From: Eledone cirrhosa
Taxonomy: Eukaryota
Assembly (NCBI GenBank): GCA_964016885.1
Contig: OZ024743.1
Coordinates: 258,788,001-258,852,000 of the forward strand
DNA length: 64,000 nt
Reading direction: 5' to 3'
Shown here in pieces: positions 1 to 11,895 of this stretch. The position numbers and the translations under genes were made by a program. The notes beneath the pieces are model-generated. The model did not search any database and was not told the origin of the DNA. It saw only the letters and a list, made by a program, of their open reading frames with translations. How positions within the stretch are numbered: the stretch's first letter is position 1; each line of letters begins with the position of its first letter.

Positions 1-396
1 TATGAAACAATCACAGGGGATAATTTGTAAAAGTGTGTAAGCACACATAGCTAGGTAGGTAACTAAATAAAGTTTAACTAGAGCTTCAAAAATACATACG
101 TTATAAAATGATTAATCTTCCTTGTATATATTCCCTTAAAGAAATATATTCACCAATTAATCGATTGTTTCATATGTTTATTTATATGTCAATCAATTTC
201 TAGTTGATATAAAATGCTCGGATCTATTCATTAGAATCTTAGAGCATATTTTACGGGTGATATGGCGCATGTCTATCTGGCATGACACCCTTAATTTAAT
301 TTAATTTAATTTAATTTAATTTATCTTAATTTTGTATATATATATATATATACATATATATGTGTGTGTGTGTATGTATATGTATATACACATGTG

Positions 397-434
<38 letters not shown>

Positions 435-519
435 AACGATCGATCGGACCGAGGGAACAAGGTTTCCGTTGGTCTTTCCAATTGCTAATACTATCTATCG
501 GTCGCAACTCCAGGTAGAA

Positions 520-855
<336 letters not shown>

Positions 856-928
856 GTTATTCCGGGTTGAGTCGGAGGTAACCACAGTAAGTAAGGTACT
901 CAATACATAGCAGAGTATAACAGTTTTA

Positions 929-1048
929 ATATAGATGAGATTCTACAGGACTAGAACTGTTTCATTCATTAGAAATCATCAGGAATCCCAATCAGAGATT
1001 CCTGATGATTTCTAATGAATGAAACAGTTCTAGTCCTGTAGAATCTCA

Positions 1049-1055
<7 letters not shown>
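929..1055. mobile_element. Palindromic non-coding element (59-bp arms, 9-nt spacer) carrying a hammerhead motif on each strand
   Basis: 929-987 is the reverse complement of 997-1055; lies between TA arrays. Confidence 0.85.
995..1047 (+). ncRNA. Type I hammerhead ribozyme motif
   Basis: gagattc-CTGATGA-tttctaatgaat-GAAA-cag..ctg-TA-gaatctc; 7-bp stem I, stem III closes at a GUA site. Confidence 0.75.
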
Positions 1056-1093
<38 letters not shown>

Positions 1094-1148
1094 GTATATA
1101 TATATATGTATATATATATGTATATATATGTATATATATATGTATATA

Positions 1149-1224
<76 letters not shown>

Positions 1225-1231
<7 letters not shown>

Positions 1232-3738
1232 GGAAGATGGACATTGTTTGGTGTACCGAACTTGCATGCTACACTGTTCATCCAATTTTCATGAAACCTC
1301 ACACATATATAAAACTCAACGCGTAGAGTGGAATAGGCTACTTGAAATTTTCGAAAAATCGATAATCGGGCCCTATGACAGAATGTTTTTCGATTCCAAT
1401 GAAATTTTATGTGAATTCGAACACAAGAACTCTTAGTTTACATCTGGCGCAATAAAAATAAATTTCATATGCCCATATAAGGACGTGCGTTATTGATTGG
1501 ACGGCCAGCTGCATGTCTTCCCAGCTGTCTCAGTAAACGACCGACCATTAAAGAGTTTATCTTTTCATATTCCACCTTATTCAAGTGGAAATACAGTATT
1601 ATCCCTATCTGAAAAGGGAACCAAATTTAATGGTGTCTTTTGTGATGCTAAAAGCTGTGAGTAAATTTTCAAACAGTCTTAAATAATCATGCTTTTTGAA
1701 AAAAAAATTACTAAATAATACGTTGACCAAGTTGTATTGTTCACATACAAAGTTGTAAAAAATGTTACGTCGTACCAATGTTTTCCTTTTTTAAACAAAA
1801 GATTCTAAAAAATTACTTAATTTATAATACAGTCTTTTGCACAGGAAATGAGTAACTTTTCGGGTGTTTAAACGTAAGTTCACCAGGGTTTGTGTCTTCA
1901 TTATTAGCCCACCTCTAATGGCATTTTTTGTTCTGCTTACGACTAAATGTTATGAGCGTATTTGCAATTAATTGCGCACACGTGCACACCTGCATGCAGA
2001 TAGACACTGACAGCCAATAAAAAATCGATAACTTGCTTATTAAGATATCGGTCAAAAAGAGAGATTGAATGTACTTTAGAACATTTTTTGAATATATTGT
2101 TCTTTTTGGCATGATATGTCAGAAATATAGCTACTATACACTTTGGTTATTTTTTGTAACTAAAAAACGGTTCCTTTTGGGTGGATACTTAACGAGAAAA
2201 ATCCTAGGGTTTTGGACAAGTTTGTTTCAGGCGCTGTATAGACGCCTATTTTGTCACACCTTGGTCATGAATTCGTATTCTTTTCCAATAGATATTTTCC
2301 GCTCTATAAGGTTCACCAGGATATAAGGCGTATCATTTAAAATCAGGTCCGCGCAACGGCGTGTAAGGCCAACCAGGAAAATGCTATCTTCTTTACTTTT
2401 AGTCTAGATATATTACTTCTGTTAGACCCGTGATTGATTACCATTGTATTATTTATACATAAGGCTCACCGGAGTATAAAGCGCAGAGCTGTTTTTTTAT
2501 TAAATTTAATTATTTTAAGTGCAATTTATAGACCGGAAAATTCGGTAAGTTGTTGTAATCATATTTCCAAACCTTCCCATTCACCAGTAACCATGCTAAC
2601 GAATCTGATGTCATCTCTCTCTGTATTTAATCACCTCTCTCTAACCTAACAGCTTCGTTACACGTCGTTATGCCCACACGGAAACGTTCAAGACTTACCT
2701 CCAAAAAAGGTACAGCTACTGCTTTGAGACAACGAATTAGGCGTTCTCAGGTATGAATTCATTCACAATTGATTAATCCTTTATGCAATATTCTCCCTTA
2801 ATGTTAGCAAGTACTGCGTTTATCCTAACTGTCACCACTTTTAAGCAACTACAACATTCTAATCGTAGTTATATTAAATTTATTGTCTTACCTTGATTCC
2901 CTTTTGTTCATGTTAGACTTTTCTCATTTACTATTGACACTGCCATTGGCTTAGCTAACCAGTAGAATTAATTAATTTTCTCTAGGAAACACCTGCTGAG
3001 CGCGAATCTCGACTCGCTGATAGACGTCTTTCCCGGCTGGTTGAGTCACCAACATCACGTACGACAAGGCTTGCTGATGTTCGCCTTCGTCGCCAACAAG
3101 CGCTGACGGAGGAATCACCAACATCCCGTCAGACGAGGCTTGAGGCTGTGGCAAAGGGCAATAACCCTAGATACAATTTTGATCAACTTTTTTGCGCACC
3201 TATAGCAAATTTACCGGGACAGGTTTTTAGCTACTCAAATCTACTTCAGAGATCACGCATTGATGTAAAAAATCAATAAAACTGAAGCGGGGCTCGACTT
3301 TGCGCAAAAAAACAAGGCAAAGTTACACATGGGAAAACTTTTTACAGGAACGTCCTATATTCTTGAAAACTGTCACAAAAGACTCGCCATTATGCCGTGG
3401 TTAAGATAAAGGCCCTTTTAATTCTTCTTCTGCACATGTGAGCGCAAAAATTGTAAAAAAAAAAAAAGAACCCTGAAACTAATCGACATTTTCACCCTGC
3501 TTTAAATTAACTAAACATTCAATATCAAGCGATTTTGACTTCTGTCAGTCGTGCAGAGAACAATTTCAACGATACACTGTGTAACTACAATTAATAAATT
3601 ACACACCTGTGTCTACTAACCTATTTTTTTTCATTGAAGTTCGAAGTTTTGAACCTGTGATGCGCGGGAAGTAACTTTCACACATTCTAACAGACCAAAG
3701 GTCGACTTACACCCGGGCAACGCCGGGTACTTCTGCTA

Positions 3739-3739
<1 letters not shown>
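1225..3739 (+). mobile_element. Non-autonomous Helitron
   Basis: 3' hairpin acccgggcaacgccgggt followed by CTAG|T at 3736-3740. The 5' end emerges from a (TA)n array as tatataaagggaagatg, similar to the second Helitron. Retains an N-terminal STPR-like coding piece. Confidence 0.8.
2670..3279 (+). CDS. Spliced Helitron-derived mini-ORF (exons 2670-2750 and 2986-3279), about 124 aa, basic N-terminus plus STPR-like repeats
   Basis: MPTRKRSRLTSKKGTATALRQRIRRSQ|ETPAERESRL..ESPTSRTTRL..ESPTSRQTRL; cag|gtatga donor and ttttctctag acceptor in phase 0; upstream 5'UTR intron 2545-2652; TATAAA at 2475. Confidence 0.6.
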
Positions 3740-3837
<98 letters not shown>

Positions 3838-4779
3838 TTGATAGGTTGCAGTACAGAGACTGGGAAGACCACAAATCAGAGTAGTATTTAATACATGTCA
3901 TGATGCAGAGCGGGTATATTTGTGAAGGAGAGGATTGATTGTGAGCTCAGGTGGTTTCGGCTAGTTATCTTTTTTGAGAAGTGTTCCATTCTTCCATGCT
4001 TACGTGGGTTGGATTGGTTCTTCTCAGTACACCATCTCTCCACATGTTGCATTCCTTTGTCATCTACTTCTTGAGCTTCAGCGATCTGAGATCAGCTCTC
4101 TCTCTATATATATAGAGAGAGAAATATTTACACACACATATTCATTATGTATGTATATATCATATATATATAATGAATGTGTGCATGTATCAGTATCACA
4201 TGCCAATAGTTAATAAATGATTTACAATTTTCCATTATCTTCAAGTAGGTTATAAAGTAATCCTAAATGGTTGAGGGATAGAAAGAGAGAGGAAGACAAA
4301 AAGGAAGAGGGAGAGTGTACAATCAGAAAGTACACTAATTATTTTCTGGCAGAATTAATTGACTACTTTAATAAAATGTTTAATTGTAATGTTCATCATC
4401 ATCATCATTTTACGTCCGCTTTTCCCTGCGTGCAAGGGTGATGTATGCATATATATATATATATATATATATACTAGCAGTTTAGCCTGGCGTTGCTCGG
4501 GTTTATTCATTTGCTATGAAAAGTTACATACAGGTAAACGTGGCTTGAAAGCGAATAAGCTTATCAATTAAGTGCATAAAGCAGTTGAACCGGTTATTAA
4601 AAGTTATGAACCAATTAGCATTTTGGACAATCAATGATGGGTTAATAATCTTCCAATAGCGAATTTAGCAGACCAAAGTTGCAAGATGGTGGCCCTGATG
4701 CTGCTGGGTGTAAGATCTGTCCGCCATGGGTGACCCTACCAGGAAATAGCTTTCCAGACAGCATAGCTCCAACACCTCC

Positions 4780-7240
4780 AACACCTGCACCAACATCTAT
4801 AGCACCTCTTTGTAGACGATATTGCGTGTCATCCCTTGAGGAGTGTAAGCAAAAAAGTCCATTCCTGCTCCCTACGCGGGAACAGGCAACATAAAGTTGG
4901 CCATGGGAGAAGCATGGCTCCCCCAAATGGATGCCCACCATCGACAATGTTTGCCCTTGTGACTTGTTAATGGACATGGCAAAACATGGTCTCACCGGGA
5001 ATTGGGATCGCCGGAAATCGAACGGGATATCTGACGCCGAGAGGAAAAGTTCATCCTTGGCTGTGTATTTGGCAGAATTGCCACTATGGGTGTTGTCATA
5101 TTAATATTTAACCAATTAAAGTCGTAAAAATAAATAATTTAGACATTCCGATTCATATGTCTATAGCATTAATCTGTTATATGAAGTGTTATATGACGTG
5201 TTATTAGGCACGCACTTCATCAGCTCTTGTCCATTTGGGGATGACAGGCAGCGTTTGCCAAAAATCCCCTGATAACAGAAGGGTTACACCACCCATAGGA
5301 GCCGTAGAATCCTTAATGTCCATTGCCTCAAGGACACCCTTGTGTGCCATTGTGCACTCATCCCAAACAATGAGGCAACATTTTTTGAGGAGCAGAGCTT
5401 CGTGTGAACTCTTGCTGATATTGCATGTTGGTGTCTCAGTTTTTACTAAATCCAAGGGGTATTTAAAGGTTGAATGTGCTGTCCTGCCTCCCGGCAGTAA
5501 AGTAGCAGCGATCCCGGACGATGCAACGGCCAACGCAATTTTTTTCTCCTGACGAATCTTAGCGAGAATCAATTTCGTTACATAAGTTTTTCCGGTACCT
5601 CCAGGAGCATCGAGAAAGTAAATACCCCCAGTTTGATTTTGAACCGCGTCAATGATAGTTAAATAGGCCAACCTTTGGTCCGACAGAAGTTTGGGCTCAT
5701 TTTCCTCTAAGTATTGGGAAAGAGATTCGATGTCATATGCTGTTTCCCGCAACAAATCCGGTGCCAACGTGTTTGCTTCCTCTCTGACGGTTGACGGCAA
5801 GCCATACGTCGCCAACTCACTCCCACCCATGTCGAGGAGGGCGTCCTCGATATCAATGAGTGCCCTGTTGTAGATAATGTCGCTGTAACCAACTTCCACT
5901 GAAGTATACTGCAGATGATCCAGGCGCAGGAAGTCCTCAGACGAAGTCTCTGTACTTGACCCATAAAGATTTGGGATCACCCAATTCACACTTTTGAAGC
6001 AAAATGGCAAAGAGTTCCCGTAGACCTTTAGGTGATTTCAACAAAGCACCCTCTGCTAAAGTGGAATCCCATTGCGAATCATTTTCCAAAAGACCACGCT
6101 TAAAGCAGGCTTCCCGGTACGTATCACATATTTCTCCATCAACAGTTTTGAGGTCCTGAAAACTTTGTGGGCCTACAACTTCATGCAGAAGAAGGCGGAG
6201 ATGAAAGCACTCATGCTGACTTGGGGGAACAGTGTAAACCCTTCCAAGACAGCTGTCAAATTTTACACCAGGATGTCTTTCAGCAGCCTGACCTGAATTT
6301 CTTTGCACCCAAGTGTTTTTCGACCATAGGATGGAAACTGGTAGTACACAATTGTTTGCGCAAATGTATCGAACTGGCAAAGTTTGAAGAAGCCCGTCAG
6401 AGTGGTCTCTTTCGGATCAGCGGCCAACTTGGCGGCGGTTTGGTCCGTAAAGTAAACCCTTTGCCCATTTTCCAAATGACCGCAATCTGTAGGATGGCGG
6501 GGTGACGTTGGTGTAGGGATCAACCAAATAGGCGCCAAAAAGCTTCATTGCTACTGATGTACCGCCCCGCCAGGTATTCTGTGATCTCGTCCCTGCTATT
6601 TTCAGCTTGAAATGCGAACATTGCGGCATGAGAGCCCTTATTTACATATTTGCATATGTATTTTATCGACTTGACGGAGATGCAAAACTCAACGTTGATG
6701 TGGGCGTTCAACATCTTCAAGAGAAGCGGGCAGTAAGGGACCACCCATCTATTGTCGACTTGACCTCCCCTTACTGTTGTGGTGAAGCCACCATTCCCGG
6801 GCCGTCTCCGCCTGTACAGGGGGTACCCGTCGCCACCAGTCTGAGTCTGGTCAACAAATTTTTTGGGGTATCCCTTACTGCACGATCCCCCCCCCCCCCC
6901 TTCAGACACGTGTGATGCTCATTAGGACCCGACGCACACGGACCATGTTAGCTTTGACGATGTCATGTAATTCCTGGTAAGTTGCTGGGTTAGGGATTTC
7001 AGCCGAAATGAAGCTGTCTATGGCATTTGAATTGATTTTATCAGCTAACCAAATCAAAATGTGAGCATGTGGCAGCCCTCGTTTTCGCCATTCGACGGTG
7101 AACATGTCACATTTTACAGCCCAAATACCTGACCTTCTTTATTAAAGCCATGAGTTTAGCGAGTTTCAGTCTGAACACTCTGGCAATGAGGTCATGTCTG
7201 TTCGAATAATTTTGCCCAGGAAAAAGTTCACGGGTTACAT
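4780..7240 (-). pseudogene. Helitron RepHel pseudogene (HUH Rep + PIF1-like helicase)
   Basis: VEWRKRGLPHAHILIW (HUH), YICKYVNKG, DAPGGTGKT (Walker A), [18 protein letters not shown] and [13 protein letters not shown], spread over several frameshifted ORFs. Confidence 0.92.
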
Positions 7241-7344
7241 TCCGATTCATATGTCTATGGCATTAATCTGTTATATGAAGTGTTATTTTGCGGGTTGTTA
7301 TTTGCAATAAGCTGATTGAAAATGCCCCAGATAAGCCGTATGTC

Positions 7345-8125
7345 AATACGGAACGCTCCACTGTAGTGTTGTCATATAGGGAGTGAAGAGCGACAGAGAG
7401 AGTAAAGCAGTTAAATTATAGAGAGGGGGAATATACGGAACGCTCCATTTGATCATATACACTGTTTCTCTCTCTGCAGTGTTGTCATATAGGGAGTGAA
7501 GAGCGACAGAGAGCAAAGCAGTTAAATTATAGAGAGGGGGAATGATCATGATCGATTTTTGCCCTTATTGTTGATTGATTTGAATTTTTTTTACTTCATT
7601 ACCTTCTCCTGACCAAAAGCAATAATTGTCCCGACTTTGAATAGACTCCCGTGAAAAAAGTTTTCTCATTAATTTTTTGTCTCATATTGAGAAAAACAAA
7701 GAAAGAAAATTACAAAAGGACAACAATAAAATATAATATCTTTGTTGAGAATCATGTAAATAAATGCTTAAGCGTCGTTATTGTTACGTTTGTTGTTTTA
7801 TAAATTCATCTGTTGCTTTTGAATATTTGTTATTTGATGTAAAATGTAAGTGTGGAAAATGTAACGTTGAGAGAGGAGTATGTATTTAGTGTTATCGGCT
7901 TTTTAAATTTTGATATTTGATGTATGAGTGTCGCTTAGTTATCAAAGTTTTTTTCGCGTTCCCGAACGAAGAGGGGGAATGATCTATTATAGAGAGAGGG
8001 AAGAGCGACGGAGAGAGTGAAGCTAGTGTTAAACCTTGAAGCATGAAGAGAGTAAAGCAGTTAAATTATAGAGAGGGGGAATAATCTATTGTAGAGAGAG
8101 GGAAGAGCGACGGAGAGAGTAGAGC
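7345..8125. repeat. Helitron subterminal GA-rich direct repeats
   Basis: Repeated gaagagcgac..agagagtaaagcagttaaattatagagagggggaat units at 7345-7545 and 7970-8125. Confidence 0.75.
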
Positions 8126-8484
8126 TATGGTTGTTGTATAAATCGATGTGCTGCTTAGGTCTCAAAGTTTGTGTCGCGTTCCTTCAAAAGAAGTTTTGTC
8201 GTTGTTCTAAATTGTAACCTTTTAAAGAGAGTTGCAACATGTATGTAGTTTCATATATTTTTGATGGTAGTAGTGAGAGGAATGAAGCGTGTAAGAGAGA
8301 GAGTTACAGCATGTATTTAGTTTTATCGATTTTTTTTCATAGAAGCAGGGAATGTTTGGCAAAAATAATTACGCGTTGACCTGCCCTGGTAAATTTGGAG
8401 CACATTGGAAAAGAAATCATCAAAATCGGTAGAGAAATGTGGAAATGCATAAATATCATACACACACACAGACAGACATCTACC

Positions 8485-8564
<80 letters not shown>

Positions 8565-8575
8565 TAACAGATTAA

Positions 8576-8626
8576 AGTTTAAGCAAGGAATCGCTGCTTT
8601 CACCCTTAACGGGATCTTCTGAAACT
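8576..8626 (-). ncRNA. Hammerhead-like motif (CAGAAGA core), single-arm fragment of the family at 61327-61926
   Basis: 8559-8641 is nearly identical to 61334-61416; stem I agttt/aaact. Confidence 0.5.
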
Positions 8627-9045
8627 AACAAAGTCAATCTGTGTACATAGATGACAGATGTGATTTTCTGGGCAATGTTCTATTTTGGAATATCGCCCAG
8701 TTTTATCACACACTTCATCCATAGATGTCACAATAGCTATTTATGTAGGAAACTTTGTGAAGTCATGTTCCAAGCATCAGCTTAATAATAGGAAAGTTAT
8801 ATTACTAAATCTCTCCAAACTCTTGATTATTTTCAAAACTATTTGTAAACCATAAGCTGTGTATTTCATTAAAAATATGGAAATGTAAGGGTTAATACTT
8901 TAATACTCAGTTGAGGAGAGAAAAGTATTATTAGAGGGGCTATTTAGATTGGTGTGGTTGTCGCTGAGTTGGCACATATATATATACATATATTATTTAT
9001 TTATGTTATACATAGAACAAAAGTGTTACCCAAGGTTTCAAGGAC

Positions 9046-9076
<31 letters not shown>

Positions 9077-9700
9077 GTTTTTACGTACAAATTTCTATGC
9101 TTGCATGGGTTGAACAGGTCCTACTCAGCATGGCATCTCTCCACTTGTCATATTCCTTCGTCATCTACTCTTCCAGTCATAGCAATTTGAGATCAACTCT
9201 CACAACCTCTGCACAGGTCTTTCTTGGTCATCTACTGAGGCTTCCTTCCACTGGTATTTCCTGGCATTTCTTCACCCAGTGGTCATTGTCCATGTGTATC
9301 ACATGTCCATACCAATGCAGTCTTCTCTCCTGCACACCATCTCGGATTCTGCTTAAACCAGCTTCTCCCTCAGCTCATTCAAGCTCTGCCTTTCTCTGAC
9401 ATTTACATTGCACATCCAATGCTTCATTTCTCTCTAGTCTACCCATGCCTTCTGCAGTCATAGCCCATGTTTCACTACCTTGCAGCATCGTGCATCACAC
9501 ACAGGCATCATACAGCCTTCCTTTTGTATGTAGGGAGAAACCTTTTGTTGTCAACAGTTGGAGTAGTTCTCTAAACTTCTTCCATCCTGCCCTTACTCTA
9601 GCTATTATATTCTCAGCACATCCTCCTTTGCTGCTAATTAGGTCACCTATATAGCAGAAGCTATCAACCTTGTCTATAGGTCCTTCCTAAGACTGCAAAA
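9046..9700 (-). mobile_element. Old RTE LINE 3' fragment
   Basis: (CAT)n tail; degenerate WYGHV- and FCYIGD-type motifs related to the 23125 element. Confidence 0.7.
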
Positions 9701-10039
9701 GGTTTATATCATTAACACTCTTCCTCTCAATTTCTTCTGTGCGCCTTCGACTGGGATTTCCTGGCATTTCCTCAGATAGAAAGAGAAATTAAAGAAGAAA
9801 TAGTACAGAGCAAGAGAAAAATAGAATGCTGAGATTGAGAAGGTGAGAAGAGAGTAGTCAGAAGAGAAAAGTGGAGGAAAAGTGGCAATGAGTTGTGGTA
9901 TAAGCAAAAAGCTGTATATATATAATCATATCTGGGAAAAGCAAACAAGATAAGAAAAAATCTTTACTTACTTACTGTCTTTATATGTATCTATACTTGT
10001 GTAAAGATAAATATATTTCTTCATTTAATTTATATACAC

Positions 10040-10101
<62 letters not shown>

Positions 10102-10413
10102 CTCTGTGTTTAGCAGAGTTATGTGCTGAACATTTTCAATGTGATCTCCCTTTTTGGGGTTCCTTTCTTAGTAGCATCACACAATTCTGGATTCTACCAG
10201 TGGATAAGCATAAAACTTGTAAAGCAGACAATCCAAAGCAGGCAATTTGCTCCTCGGGCCATTATAAATTGCTTCTCTTGTCACTGTTATCTGCTTTGTA
10301 TAATACTCAACCTTCATTGCCAAGAGTTGCAGCAGACTATCAAGGTTGACACTGAAGTCCATCCATGTGCAATTGGCACAAAGCCAGCAATTTGAAGAGA
10401 GGAGCACAGTTGA

Positions 10414-11859
10414 ATCCAATATTTGACTAGTATTTTATTTTATCAACACTGGAAAATTAAAAGCAAAGTTGATCTTATTGGGATTTGAACTCAGAATGTA
10501 AAGGACTGTAACTAAATACTACGAAGCATTTTAATCTGATTGCTAGTTCATTGTCAATCTTAGCTATCTGATTGAATCAGGGAAGCAAGCATCTCACTCC
10601 ACTATCACTGTTCACTGCCTTATAGAAACCTAGGCGCAAAAAAACTTGAGCACCACCAGCCGTCATACAGAGGAGGGGAAAATAGCTAAATACCATGACT
10701 AGTCCGACCGTTTCCGTTATGTCCTGGTTGACGTCGAATCTCTAGTGATCTTCTCAGTACCTAAACTGCCGTTTTCCTCCACAAAATTAGGAGTGCATCC
10801 CGGCTGAGGAATAAACCCTGTAACATAGAGTGGTTGTTGCAGTGGGTGTCACTGGATGTTCCTTGCGATAAAGCCTTCGCTAGTGTGTCCGCAGCTGAGA
10901 TATACCACGGAGGTGTAGAGTCAACCATTCCCTTACTTTTGCTATTTTATTTTTTTATCTTTTTGAAATATTAAACTTTAATAAATCCTAAATTCCTTTC
11001 TTTTACTTTTAAAACAAACATGTCTTCACTATAGAAACAGGTTTATTAACTAAAACAACAGAACCATCTTTAAAACGTTTTCACAATAGTATACAGGAAA
11101 TATATTATTGGATGTTATATTAATACAGGAACACACATCTATCAAATTTTTAAAAAAATGTTTTTTCAAGGGAAAAAACTCTTACAAAAAGCGGAGAGTT
11201 ATTTTCCTTCAAACATTTTTTCGCAAGAGTTCTTTCCCTTGCATAATTTGTTGTAATCATATAAGACCTGGTTCTTGACAATTTCTTGCTCTTGACCGCT
11301 ATCTTTTTGTGCCGGTAGTCGTCGAGACCTTTGTACACAGGGAGCAGCTGAGACATACCACCTAGACTGGTGTGAGAGTTACAGTTAATACATAGGCAGC
11401 GAATTGGTAGAGTTGTTGGTACCTAAGATAGAATGATTTGTGATATTCGTTCCACCTTTCTGCATTCTGTGTCCAGAACACATTAATATCAATTTCGACT
11501 TTCATCCTTTTGAGATCAATACAACAAATGTACCAGTCCAGTACTAGAGGTCAATTCTTTCTCTGTATCTTTTTTCCACTTTCTTTCCCTCTGGAAGAAA
11601 CTGACTGGGCTCTGCTAGGTTATAAATGTTTAAGACATGCATTATGTCATTGCCTCATCCACTCCATCAGAAGATGTGTGTCAAGACATACATACATTTA
11701 CTGTAGGAAGGGTATCTGGCTATAAGAACATTCTCTCAAAAATCCCATCCAACTCATGTCAGCATAGAAGACTAGATGTAAAAACGATGATGGTGACATA
11801 TATATATACAAACCCATGCAAGCATGGAATATGGACGTTAAACGATGATGATGATGATG

Positions 11860-11895
<36 letters not shown>

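Larger units (their letters stand above)
4474..8490 (-). mobile_element. Helitron with degenerate Rep/helicase
   Basis: 3' end on the minus strand cccgagcaacgccagg..CTAG|T at 4474; 5' end tatataaaacggtagatg in the TA array at about 8490; RepHel fragments inside. Confidence 0.9.

Noticed and set aside
10700-10870. CTGAGGA (plus) and CTGAGAA..GAAACGGTC (minus) as hammerheads
   Set aside because: Could not close stems I and III.
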